Shown: positions 18,264 to 27,497 of the stretch, one piece after another
Layout: each line of letters starts with the position of its first letter
How positions within the stretch are numbered: position 1 is the first letter of the stretch
NCBI GenBank assembly: GCA_965112635.1
Contig: OZ218778.1
Coordinates: 2,048,001 to 2,112,000, forward strand
Direction of reading: 5' to 3'
Source: an uncultured bacterium
GTDB lineage: Bacteria; Oederibacteriota; Oederibacteriia; Oederibacteriales; Oederibacteriaceae
Length of the DNA stretch: 64,000 nt
Translations under genes and position numbers: made by a program
The notes under the pieces: generated by a model
The model's database searches: none
What the model was told of the DNA's origin: nothing
Seen by the model: only the letters and a program-made list of their open reading frames with translations

Positions 18264-19146
18264 GGTTGAATTTGCCAAAAGCATCCTTGTAAAAAGAAAT
18301 TATTTTTACCAGAAAGAAGCTTTTTTTTTGCAAAATATGATGTGGGAGAGGCTGAAGGCTGCTGCTCTCAGCGGTGAAATGTCCTCTGATTCTGAAGATG
18401 GGGCCGCAATCACCGAGAAAGACCAAGAAGTTGCCCAAATAAGGCGGGCAAAAGATATCTTCCGTGAAGCCACAGAGAAATCAGCTCAAATAATAGAGGA
18501 AGCAAAAGGCGAAACCCAAAAGATCATTAAAAAAGCATTAGCCGATAGCCAATCCCAAGCTGAACAAATCACAGCCGAAGCTGAAGCAAAAGCACAAAAA
18601 TTCATTGCGGAGTCAGAAAAGCAGGGCAAAGATATCAGAGAAAGCGCCTATGGGAAAGGTTACGAAGAAGGTTTTTTAAAGGGCATCAAAGAGGGCAGTT
18701 TTCAGGGTGAGTCCAAGGGTTTTGAAAAATGGCAAGATTGCATTAATCGCTGGGAAGAGGCCTTAAAGGGTATTTTGGCGCAGAAAGAGATCTTTCTAAA
18801 GCAATCCGAGTCGTCCCTATTTGAATTGGCGATCGCCATTGCTGAAAAAGTCATTGCAGGGTCTGTTCCATTGGACAAGAAGATCATTCTAAGGCAGGTC
18901 CAAGAGGCCATAAAACAGTCCATAGACAAAGAGTGGGTACTGGTGAGGGTGAACAGCGAAGATTTTGAAACCCTTAAAAAAGCACGCACAGACCTCGTGG
19001 AAAAAAGCGGGATACAAAAGATCGAAATTATAGAGGATGATTCCATTGGGGCTGGTGGGTGCATTATTGAGACGCCGTCAGGCAATATCGATTCGCGTCT
19101 TACCGAACAAATGAATGCAGTTGTCAAAGAATTGAGAGAGGTTTAG
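18256..19146 (+). CDS. fliH: Flagellar assembly protein FliH
   Basis: GxxxG repeats (AYGKGYEEGFLKG), GGCIIET..IDSR; TTG start after GGAGGA, overlapping fliG stop. Confidence 0.88.
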   Translation: MSKVEFAKSILVKRNYFYQKEAFFLQNMMWERLKAAALSGEMSSDSEDGAAITEKDQEVAQIRRAKDIFREATEKSAQIIEEAKGETQKIIKKALADSQSQAEQITAEAEAKAQKFIAESEKQGKDIRESAYGKGYEEGFLKGIKEGSFQGESKGFEKWQDCINRWEEALKGILAQKEIFLKQSESSLFELAIAIAEKVIAGSVPLDKKIILRQVQEAIKQSIDKEWVLVRVNSEDFETLKKARTDLVEKSGIQKIEIIEDDSIGAGGCIIETPSGNIDSRLTEQMNAVVKELREV

Positions 19147-19148
19147 TC

Positions 19149-20504
19149 ATCAAAGATATCACTCCTAGATTTTCAAAATATCATGAAAAGTTAACCGAAG
19201 TAAAACTCAGACAACTCCATGGTAAGGTCGAAGATTTAATTGGTATTGTTATCGAGGGTGTAGGGCCGAAGACTTTTATCGGAGAAATTTGCGATATTTG
19301 CTCTCCTCTCGACGGGCAGCGAGTCAAGGCTGAGGTAGTAGGTTTCAAGGGCAACAGAATGGTCCTCATGCCTTTGGGAGAAATGAGAGGTATTTCTCCG
19401 GGTAGCGAGATCATCCCCACCGGAAGTCCATTTGAGGTAGTTGTCGGCGATGATTTATTAGGCAGAGTCATTGACGGACTAGGAAACCCTTTAGATGACA
19501 AAGGACCCATCAGGGGCCAGTCCACTTATCCTGTCCACCAGTTTCCCTCTCATCCCTATAGCAGGCAGCGTATCCATGAGATCCTTGTCACTGGGGTACG
19601 CGCGATCGATGGTTTGTTGACATGTGGGCAGGGCCAGAGGATCGGTATATTTTCCGGCAGTGGTGTTGGAAAAAGCACGCTGCTAGGTATGATCGGAAGA
19701 TATACTGAAGCTGATGTCAATGTTATTGCACTAGTCGGTGAGAGAGGCAGGGAAGTCAGGGATTTTATTGAGAAGGACCTTGGCGAAGCCGGGCTGAAAA
19801 GATCCGTGGTGGTGGCGGCCACCTCTGACCAACCCCCGCTGGTCAGAGTGCAGGGCGCTTTTGTTGCAACCGCCATTGCAGAATATTTTAGAGATCAAGG
19901 GAAAAAGGTCATTTTAATGATGGATTCTGTCACACGTCTGGCGATGGCCCAAAGAGAGATAGGCCTGGCGATAGGTGAGCCACCCGCAACAAAAGGATAT
20001 ACCCCTTCTGTATTTTCAATGTTACCCAGATTGCTAGAACGAGCGGGTACTACTTCACACCAAGGCAATATTACGGGAATTTATACTGTTCTGGTCGAGG
20101 CGGATGATATCAATGAGCCAATCTCAGACGCGGTGCGTGCTATTTTGGATGGTCATATAGTTCTATCCAGGGAGTTGGCCTCCCAGAATCATTATCCCCC
20201 TATTGATATCCTCGAAAGCATCAGCAGGCTCATGAACGACCTAGTTCCGAAGTACCACAAGAATATCGCGGGGCAGATCCGGGAATATTTGGCTGTTTAT
20301 AAAAACGCGAGGGATTTGATAAATATCGGGGCCTATGTCTCTGGCAGCAACCCCAAAATTGATGCTGCTTTGCATTATGTGAATACAATAGAATCGTTTT
20401 TGAAACAGGCTGTTGAAGAAAAGTCTTCATTCCAAGAAACCATAGATGGGATGGGGAAATTGTTCGTTTCGGCCCCTTCTGACCAAAAACAACCTGCTTT
20501 ATAA
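19149..20504 (+). CDS. fliI: Flagellar export ATPase FliI (apparent ATC start)
   Basis: GSGVGKS, GERGREV, DSVTR, GEPP; frame extends upstream of the track start through GKVEDLIGIVIEGVGP with no ATG/GTG/TTG. Confidence 0.93.
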   Translation: MKDITPRFSKYHEKLTEVKLRQLHGKVEDLIGIVIEGVGPKTFIGEICDICSPLDGQRVKAEVVGFKGNRMVLMPLGEMRGISPGSEIIPTGSPFEVVVGDDLLGRVIDGLGNPLDDKGPIRGQSTYPVHQFPSHPYSRQRIHEILVTGVRAIDGLLTCGQGQRIGIFSGSGVGKSTLLGMIGRYTEADVNVIALVGERGREVRDFIEKDLGEAGLKRSVVVAATSDQPPLVRVQGAFVATAIAEYFRDQGKKVILMMDSVTRLAMAQREIGLAIGEPPATKGYTPSVFSMLPRLLERAGTTSHQGNITGIYTVLVEADDINEPISDAVRAILDGHIVLSRELASQNHYPPIDILESISRLMNDLVPKYHKNIAGQIREYLAVYKNARDLINIGAYVSGSNPKIDAALHYVNTIESFLKQAVEEKSSFQETIDGMGKLFVSAPSDQKQPAL

Positions 20505-20531
20505 ACTCAAAAATCGGGGTATTGAGCATAA

Positions 20532-20978
20532 TTGAAAAAATTTAGCTTTTCATTACAGCCTGTCTTGGATTATCGGAAAACTATCGAAGAAGCCTTAAAA
20601 AGGGAGTTTTCTGCCTCCCAATCAGTTTTGCAAGAGGATATGCGTCATCTCGAGGTTTTGGTTGATAAAAAGGATGATTGTCAAGACGAGTTGGCCAAGA
20701 AAAGAACTAAAGATATGGGAATACAGGAATTAAGCGAATATCAAAATTATCTGGATCTGATAATGCAGAATATTAGGGGACAAAAAGTTAAAATACAGGC
20801 AGATTTAAAGGAAATAGACGAAAAGAGGACCCAACTAACAGAAGCTTCAAAGAAAAAGAAGGTTTTAGAGCGTCTGAGAGAAAAACACCTGTTATTGTTT
20901 ATGAAAACACTGGATAAGTGGGAACAGCATTTTCTCGATGAAATCTCGAGAAATCGGTATATTAGCGAAAAGCTTTGA
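20532..20978 (+). CDS. fliJ: Export protein FliJ
   Basis: MKKFSFSLQPVLDYR..LERLREK..EQHFLDE; follows fliI. Confidence 0.9.
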   Translation: MKKFSFSLQPVLDYRKTIEEALKREFSASQSVLQEDMRHLEVLVDKKDDCQDELAKKRTKDMGIQELSEYQNYLDLIMQNIRGQKVKIQADLKEIDEKRTQLTEASKKKKVLERLREKHLLLFMKTLDKWEQHFLDEISRNRYISEKL

Positions 20979-21064
20979 TATTGCTGGGGTTGTAGGATTT
21001 TCAGGGTTAAATTCATTTTATAAAGTTTTTTTCAGGGTATTTCAGAGACTTTTAAGGGGTACCC

Positions 21065-21092
21065 TTGACAAAGCTGGATCTAGGAGTATAAA
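21065..21092 (+). promoter_or_regulatory. Internal sigma70 promoter for fliK-flgD-flgE
   Basis: TTGACA-N16-TATAAA in a long intergenic region. Confidence 0.6.
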
Positions 21093-21115
21093 TAAGAATA
21101 GAAACAGAAAAATTT

Positions 21116-21189
21116 AGGACATAAATGGCTGGACTGCTTAGCAGAAGCCAATGGTTGCTGAATGAATGAAGCAATCAGTTTTATGTCCT
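21116..21189 (+). ncRNA. Candidate cis-regulatory leader RNA, copy 2 (fliK leader)
   Basis: UGGCU-GGA-CUGC-uua-GCAG-A-AGCCA; UGGUUGCU-GAAUGAAUGA-AGCAAUCA; closing helix AGGACAUAAA/UUUAUGUCCU. Confidence 0.7.
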
Positions 21190-21366
21190 CACGTTGCAGG
21201 TGAGGAAAATGAGAGCGGTCAATTTAGATCTCAAAAAAGATTTCCTAACCCACCAAAGTTTTTTTCTTGAAGTTTATCTTTCTCAATTCATGAAGAATAT
21301 ATTTGATGATTGTTTGTTGCTGCCTCATTGTTTTTGTTTGATTCCTGCAGAAGGGAGGCAGATCAA

Positions 21367-23646
21367 ATGATTATCAATCAACCCTCCCAGGCACTACCTA
21401 TCTTGAATTTCCTTGATGGTGCTGGCAATCAATCGCAGCAGGGAACACCTGGTGGCCAGACATTCAGTGATGCTTTCATTGCGGCTAGCCAGGGATTGGC
21501 TGGCCTGCCTATTTCACCCGCCATTCAAAATAGTCCCAACACAATAAATGTCGATCCTGAAAAAATAAACCAGGCTACCATGCAGTTAATAAGCGACGTT
21601 AATTCGATGCCAGTCTCGAATCAAAATCATGCCTGGAATAATGTTCCTGATCAGTTAGTCCAATCCCAAAAATCCAATGAGGTCAATTTATTCGGAAATG
21701 GCTATAATGCCATGACAATAGATAATCTGCAGGTCCAGCAAAACAGTGTTCCCTCCAATCAAGGCGTGATGAGTAACGGCGCACCCTCTTTACCTTACAT
21801 TGATAACGAGAGTGAGGCAAACGGTTCATTTGAGCTTAAGACCCAGGGCGTATTTGGCAGCAACAATATCGTGCCGCAGCAAGGTCAAGAACAGCAGGGT
21901 CTTGTGGTAAGCCAAAAGCAAATGCAGGTGTCCGCTTCAGATTCCATAAAAGAGAATAGCTCTATTGATGCTGCGACAATGTCGCCCGCGAGTGAAAACA
22001 TCCTGGGCAGCCAGATTGATTCAGTGAGCCAGGATATCTTCGCTTCCTCAAATCTAAGTGCATTGACAGATTCCAGCAAAGTTAGTCCAGTTGCTAGTTT
22101 AATTTATGGACACGAACTTGGCTCTCCAGCTGTTTCGCAGTTCTCCGGACCAAGCGCAGATCCTTTATTAAGTACTGCCGGACCCAATATCCAAGTTCAA
22201 CCGCAAGCAGTTGCTTCGCCTGTTCCACTATACCGGGGAGATCAGCCAGTTCTCTATTCAGATAGCGGAAGCATGGGAACATTTGGGACGGAAAATTCGG
22301 TAACTCTTAGCCGGCAAGATAGTGATGGACAAACGAAGGACATGGCTCAACCGACAGCTACCCAATCGAGCATCATGGCGGGAGCTTTGTGGGCCAGTGC
22401 TGTCAATCAGGGAGCCTATTTTATTCCTGAGGCTGAGAGCAATTCTATTGCTACTAATAATGCGACTTCGTCAGAAGCACTTACGAGCAATGCAGCGGGA
22501 GCTGGGTTAAACGTAGTAACTGACGACCAATTGAGTAGCCAAGGTGCCTTAAATAATGACGCTGTGCTGAATGTGAGCAGTACGACGGAAGGTCAAAATT
22601 TGGATTTATCAAATTATCAAGACGTATTTAATCAGGTTACTGGTACGCAAGCGGGAACCGGCTCCCTCAATAATTCACCATCAGAAAAGATGCTTTCTAT
22701 GCAAAGCAGCTACGATATAAATAAGTCGATTGATGATGAGCTGCCGGTTGTTTCAGAGAATGTTTTAGGTGCACCGCAGTCTTCCAATACCCCAGTTATA
22801 CCTGCATCAAATTACGTTGTTGCAGCGAACACCCAGGTTCCCGCAATAAACGCAGTTCTTTCCGGCCAGTTTGGCCAGAATATAGGGGTAGCCAACGCAA
22901 AATCCAATATTGTGGTGCTAAATCAAAATCACGAGGTTCTGCCCGAGACCGTTTCTTCCCTAGATAATAATGGCAACAACTTCGTTCAAAATCCTCAAAA
23001 TACCGGAAATCCCCTTGAATTAAAGGCATTTGTTGGCCTTATGGGCAGTGGCGGCCTGTCAATCTCCGGAGGCAATAATTTTAACGGAAGTAGCAGCTTG
23101 CCGATCATAGCTCCCCAAGTGAAACCGGAGGACCTGCAGATTGGCTTAAACCCCAGCGTTGTGGATTTAGCCAGCAGCCGGCCTGGTAACAGTGATATGA
23201 AAATCCTCCAAAATAATGTGCAGAAATCGGTCAATGATGAGGTATTCAGCCAAATTGTTGAAAAGGCTAACCTTATGATAAATGCAGGAGTCAGTCAGAT
23301 CAATATTGTGCTTAAACCAGAACATTTAGGGACCCTGTTGCTCCAAGTCACTCATACCCAGAATGCTCTTTCCGCCTCAATCCAAACCCCCAATGCTGCG
23401 GTCAGCGATGTCCTTAAGTCCCAGTTGGGAGCTTTAAAGACATCTCTTGCGGCTGAGGGAGTCCATCTGCAAAATTTAAATGTTTTCACGGGGAGCAATT
23501 TTAACCAGAACGGGAACAATGCGGGTAATTGGGAAAGGGCGGATTACCCTAACATTTTGCCGGTTTCATTGAGATCTATTTCTAGCGAAGATAATTATTC
23601 CCTGAACCGTATCGGCAGCGACAGTTTAGTGGATGTTTTTGCTTAA
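21367..23646 (+). CDS. fliK: Hook-length control protein FliK (long, ~760 aa)
   Basis: Low-complexity S/N/Q-rich N-region; C-terminal IVLKPEHLGTL..LKSQLGALKTSL; precedes flgD. Confidence 0.88.
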   Translation: MIINQPSQALPILNFLDGAGNQSQQGTPGGQTFSDAFIAASQGLAGLPISPAIQNSPNTINVDPEKINQATMQLISDVNSMPVSNQNHAWNNVPDQLVQSQKSNEVNLFGNGYNAMTIDNLQVQQNSVPSNQGVMSNGAPSLPYIDNESEANGSFELKTQGVFGSNNIVPQQGQEQQGLVVSQKQMQVSASDSIKENSSIDAATMSPASENILGSQIDSVSQDIFASSNLSALTDSSKVSPVASLIYGHELGSPAVSQFSGPSADPLLSTAGPNIQVQPQAVASPVPLYRGDQPVLYSDSGSMGTFGTENSVTLSRQDSDGQTKDMAQPTATQSSIMAGALWASAVNQGAYFIPEAESNSIATNNATSSEALTSNAAGAGLNVVTDDQLSSQGALNNDAVLNVSSTTEGQNLDLSNYQDVFNQVTGTQAGTGSLNNSPSEKMLSMQSSYDINKSIDDELPVVSENVLGAPQSSNTPVIPASNYVVAANTQVPAINAVLSGQFGQNIGVANAKSNIVVLNQNHEVLPETVSSLDNNGNNFVQNPQNTGNPLELKAFVGLMGSGGLSISGGNNFNGSSSLPIIAPQVKPEDLQIGLNPSVVDLASSRPGNSDMKILQNNVQKSVNDEVFSQIVEKANLMINAGVSQINIVLKPEHLGTLLLQVTHTQNALSASIQTPNAAVSDVLKSQLGALKTSLAAEGVHLQNLNVFTGSNFNQNGNNAGNWERADYPNILPVSLRSISSEDNYSLNRIGSDSLVDVFA

Positions 23647-23675
23647 ATATTCTTAATCTTAAGGAGGTGAGTGAG

Positions 23676-24104
23676 ATGTCTACAGGCATTGGCAGTATCT
23701 TGAGCAGTTTGACCAGTAGTGCAAACACCACAAAGGACACTAATGCGTTAGCTTCTGGCCAAGCATTGACCGAGTCTGATTTTCTGAATATGCTGATCAC
23801 AGAGCTGGAGAACCAGGACCCGACCAATCCGGTGGATGATACGCAGATGGCCTCGCAAATGGCCCAATTCAGTTCCCTGGCAGCCATGACCAATATGTCG
23901 ACGACCCTGCAGTCCATGAGCAATTCCGAGTCTTTATACAGCGGAGTGGCGATGATAGGCAAAACTATCGCGGCGACAGACCCCAAGACCGGAGCAGTGA
24001 CCCAGGGAGTCGTCAGCCAAGTCCACATTGACGGCACCGGCAATACGACGCTTTTGGTGGGGAATTCGACCGTACCTTTATCCAATGTAACAACCGTAAT
24101 GTAA
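23676..24104 (+). CDS. flgD: Hook cap FlgD (short form)
   Basis: FLNMLITELENQDPTNP..QMAQFSSL..MIGK. Confidence 0.93.
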   Translation: MSTGIGSILSSLTSSANTTKDTNALASGQALTESDFLNMLITELENQDPTNPVDDTQMASQMAQFSSLAAMTNMSTTLQSMSNSESLYSGVAMIGKTIAATDPKTGAVTQGVVSQVHIDGTGNTTLLVGNSTVPLSNVTTVM

Positions 24105-24137
24105 AGAAACATAAACCATTAAAGGAGGTGATATCAG

Positions 24138-24527
24138 GTGGTAGATAGGATCCAGTCCCTAGGACAGACTCAAAACATTCCAGATTTGCTAAAAGACAGA
24201 GCTGTCAAAAAGCCCGCTAATGCTGGACCCTCATTCCAGGATGTTTTCCAAGGTGCGGCGGATAAGACCTCCCCGGTCAAATTTTCCGCGCATGCGCTAC
24301 AAAGGCTGCAAATGAGGAATATCCAGCTCAGCCCCCAGGATCTTTCCAAGATTGATGGGGCAGTCAATAAGGCAGCGAGCAAAGGGGCGCGCGAGTCATT
24401 GTTGGTAATGAACAATAATCTGGCGTTAGTGGTCAGCGTCAAGAACCGCACGGTCATTACGGCTGTGGACGGCCAGAGCATGAAAGACAATGTGTTCACC
24501 AACATTGATAGTGCGGTGATTCTATAA
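24138..24527 (+). CDS. Flagellar operon protein, TIGR02530-like
   Basis: KFSAHALQRLQMRNI..KGARESL..VSVKNRTVITA..VFTNIDSAV; between flgD and flgE. Confidence 0.88.
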   Translation: MVDRIQSLGQTQNIPDLLKDRAVKKPANAGPSFQDVFQGAADKTSPVKFSAHALQRLQMRNIQLSPQDLSKIDGAVNKAASKGARESLLVMNNNLALVVSVKNRTVITAVDGQSMKDNVFTNIDSAVIL

Positions 24528-24547
24528 AGTTAGAAAAATTATGTATT

Positions 24548-24609
24548 GTTCAAGCTGGACCTCGTTGAGGAAGCTTGAATCGGGGAGCCCAATAGTAAAT
24601 TGGGACTCC
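24548..24609 (+). ncRNA. Candidate leader RNA, copy 3 (flgE leader; hairpin A plus an unrelated hairpin)
   Basis: GUUCAAGCU-GGA-CCUC-guu-GAGG-A-AGCUUGAAU (24548-24580): same internal loop, covaried stems. Confidence 0.62.
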
Positions 24610-24633
24610 AAACTCAAAAGGAGGTTGATCGAT

Positions 24634-26373
24634 ATGGCGTTACTAGGAGCAATGGGAGCAGCAATATCAGGATTAGGTTCGTTCAACCAGTGGATGACTG
24701 TCATCGGTAACAATATCGCCAATGACAACACCACGGGTTATAAGTCGAGTACGGTAGAATTTTCAGATCTATTCAGCCAGACCCTCTCTGGCGCCAGCGG
24801 TTATGACTCATCATCCAACACGGGTGGTATTGATCCGCGGCAGATCGGTTTAGGCACCCAAATCTCATCGGTTTCTATGAATATGACCCAGGGTGCCATC
24901 CAAACCGCCAGTAGTCCTACGGATATGGCTATCCAGGGTAATGGTTTTTTTGTCACCAAGACCGGGCTGAACACCACTTATACCCGCGATGGGAGTTTTA
25001 GTTTTGATAATGACGGCAATTTGGTCTCTCCGAGTGGTGCTATTGCTCAGGGTTGGGTGGCCAGTGAAATTCAGGACGGCCTCAACATACCTGCTGCTCC
25101 TGCTGTGGCGGTTAATACGGTAATTCAAGGGGATAGTATCACAATGAATACTTCTGATACTTCTGCTATAACAAATATCAATATCCCTCAGCATGGACTG
25201 ACCATCGCTCAACAGACAACCCTTGTTGATATTCAGGGTAATTTGGATCAGAATACCGCCGCTAATGCAACAGACGCTGATATAACAGCGATGATTGGTC
25301 TTGGAGGGACCGATGTTTCAACGCTGCAAGGTGGGGGATTAGTTATACCTAGTGGGGATACAAATCCATTTGCTAATGTGACTCCTGATGCCACTACATC
25401 AACCACTGTTTATGATTCGCTGGGAAATCCTCAGGAGGTAACATTCTGGTACCTCAAAGATGCCAATAACGCCGATAATTCACCGACGTGGGATTGGTAT
25501 GCTTTTGATACGACCGGTGGAGTAACCCCTTCTAATACTAATTGTATCGGTGGGACTGGGTTGGAATACACTAATGCCAATGCCCCGAATCCTAATGGTT
25601 TGCCTAATGTAGTGACCGGCAAGGTTTGGGGTACCATACAATTTAATGCTGATGGTTCGTTAGCAAATAATGGGGGATTCCCAACTGCCGGTGCAAATGC
25701 TATGCAGGCAGACCCAATTCTTTGCTTCCAGCCAGCTCCACCTGATGCTGGGACCTTGGTTCTAAACGACGGCGCTATTTCTTCAATGAACTTTCAGGTA
25801 CATTTCGGCACCCCCAATACATGGGCAAATGCTGGAAATAATTTGGCGGGTGGAGACCCAGTTGCCCAGGTTAACAATGTGTTTGAGTTTGGGAAACGGG
25901 ATGGTTTGACTGGCGATGTAACTGGATCCTATCAATTGGAAAATGGAGTAGAAACATATGTGCCGAACAGTGACCCCAATGTAAAGGACCAGAATGGATA
26001 TACAGATGGTACCCTGAATGGGGTCAGTGTGGACCAATCAGGGAATATTGTTGGTTCCTTTACTAATGGGAAAAATATCACTCTGGCCAGGGTGGCGTTG
26101 GCGAATTTTGCCAATCCAGATGGTTTAACAAGGGTAGGCGGGAATCAATATATGTCTACCTCTAACTCTGGATTACCAGTAGTGGGTTCAGCCGGAACCT
26201 TTGGCCTGGGCAATATCGAGGGAGGTTCTCTGGAAGGGTCCAATGTGGACCTGGCCACCGAGCTGACCAATATGATCATTGCCCAGAGAGGCTTTGAATC
26301 CAACGCCAGGGTAGTTACCGAGGTAGATAATATGCTCGGTACCCTGGATTCGTTGGGTCAAGGCGGGGTTTAA
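24634..26373 (+). CDS. flgE: Flagellar hook protein FlgE with large insertions
   Basis: GNNIANDNTTGYK, QIGLG, YTRDGSF, VYDSLG, QNGYTDG, LEGSNVDLATELT; ATG after AGGAGG. Confidence 0.93.
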   Translation: MALLGAMGAAISGLGSFNQWMTVIGNNIANDNTTGYKSSTVEFSDLFSQTLSGASGYDSSSNTGGIDPRQIGLGTQISSVSMNMTQGAIQTASSPTDMAIQGNGFFVTKTGLNTTYTRDGSFSFDNDGNLVSPSGAIAQGWVASEIQDGLNIPAAPAVAVNTVIQGDSITMNTSDTSAITNINIPQHGLTIAQQTTLVDIQGNLDQNTAANATDADITAMIGLGGTDVSTLQGGGLVIPSGDTNPFANVTPDATTSTTVYDSLGNPQEVTFWYLKDANNADNSPTWDWYAFDTTGGVTPSNTNCIGGTGLEYTNANAPNPNGLPNVVTGKVWGTIQFNADGSLANNGGFPTAGANAMQADPILCFQPAPPDAGTLVLNDGAISSMNFQVHFGTPNTWANAGNNLAGGDPVAQVNNVFEFGKRDGLTGDVTGSYQLENGVETYVPNSDPNVKDQNGYTDGTLNGVSVDQSGNIVGSFTNGKNITLARVALANFANPDGLTRVGGNQYMSTSNSGLPVVGSAGTFGLGNIEGGSLEGSNVDLATELTNMIIAQRGFESNARVVTEVDNMLGTLDSLGQGGV

Positions 26374-26398
26374 AAGTAATATCAATATAAAATGGGCG

Positions 26399-26430
26399 CC
26401 CTCTAGGCTGTAAAAAAACAGCCTAGAGGG
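26399..26430 (+). terminator. Strong hairpin after flgE (weak terminator or mRNA stabiliser)
   Basis: 13 bp perfect stem CCCTCTAGGCTGT/ACAGCCTAGAGGG, poor U-tail. Confidence 0.5.
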
Positions 26431-26448
26431 TTGCTTATTAGGAAAAAT

Positions 26449-26679
26449 ATGATTAAATTAACGAGATTAAATAATCAGGAATTTGTTACTAACGCCGAAT
26501 TAATCGAATTTATTGATTCCACCCCGGAAACAATAATCTCTTTAACAACCGGGAAGAAAATTGTGGTCAAAGAAACAGCGGCAGAAGTTGTTGCAAAAGT
26601 GATTGAATATCGCCAAAAGGCATTTCCAATTGTTCGAAAACAGGAGTATTATACCCAGCAAGAACAAGGAAACAGTTAA
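26449..26679 (+). CDS. flbD: FlbD/SwrD family protein
   Basis: MIKLTRLN..NAELIEFI..TPETIISLTTGKK; flgE-flbD-motA synteny. Confidence 0.9.
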   Translation: MIKLTRLNNQEFVTNAELIEFIDSTPETIISLTTGKKIVVKETAAEVVAKVIEYRQKAFPIVRKQEYYTQQEQGNS

Positions 26680-26705
26680 AAAGTTTATAAAAGGGGAGTG
26701 ATAAC

Positions 26706-27497
26706 TTGGATCTGTCTAGTGTTTTGGGATTGGTTGTTGGTTGGGGTTGTTTATTGGCAGCTATTCTGATAGGCGGGTCGCATCTTGGTACTTTTTTTAA
26801 TATTGAAGGTGCATTAATCGTTTTGGGCGGCACGGCAGGAGCGGCAATTGTCAGTATCCCCTGGGCACAATTGAAGGAGATACCAGGAGTTTTGCGAAAA
26901 ACTTTTACCACAACAGAGATGAATCCCATGGAAGTTATCACCATCCTAGTAGGTTTTGCCACCAAAGCCAGGAGGGAAGGCCTACTCGGGCTGGAAGATG
27001 AAGCAGGACAACTGGAAGACAAGTTTTTGCAGAAAGGCATCCAGCTAGTGGTCGATGGAACAGACATGGAATTGGTACGCAATATCCTTGAAACCGACCT
27101 GGCCTTTTTGGAGGAAAGACATAAGCTAGGTGAAGGGATGTTTGGAACCATGGGCGGTTTTTCGCCAACTATGGGGATTATAGGTACTGTCATGGGTCTT
27201 ATTCGAGTGTTGGGTAGTTTGAGCGACCCGAGCAAGTTAGGTCCCGCCGTGGCTGTTGCTTTTATCGCTACCTTCTACGGGATTTCGTTCGCCAATCTGA
27301 TTTTCCTTCCTATTTCTTTCAAGTTAAAAGCTAAAAGCGCGGAAGAAGTGCTCGTGCGGCAGGTTATGATCGAGGGGGTCCTTTCAATTTCGGCAGGGGA
27401 TAATCCCAGGATTGTTGAAGAGAAATTGAGAGCGTTTATTCCGCCCAAAATCAAAGGCGCAATGACCAAAAAGCCTGCAGAAGAGGAAAAGAAATAG
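26706..27497 (+). CDS. motA: Stator MotA
   Basis: IVLGGT, ARREGLL, PTMGIIGTVMGL, ATFYG, GDNPR. Confidence 0.95.
   Translation: MDLSSVLGLVVGWGCLLAAILIGGSHLGTFFNIEGALIVLGGTAGAAIVSIPWAQLKEIPGVLRKTFTTTEMNPMEVITILVGFATKARREGLLGLEDEAGQLEDKFLQKGIQLVVDGTDMELVRNILETDLAFLEERHKLGEGMFGTMGGFSPTMGIIGTVMGLIRVLGSLSDPSKLGPAVAVAFIATFYGISFANLIFLPISFKLKAKSAEEVLVRQVMIEGVLSISAGDNPRIVEEKLRAFIPPKIKGAMTKKPAEEEKK

Noticed and set aside
24541-24633. 31-codon N-terminal extension of FlgE in the ORF track
   Set aside because: It overlaps the structured leader; the SD supports ATG 24634
25201-25248. Spirochete-type lysinoalanine crosslink site in FlgE
   Set aside because: The equivalent segment reads AQQTT..QGNLD, lacking the Lys and the Cys of the CNLD motif
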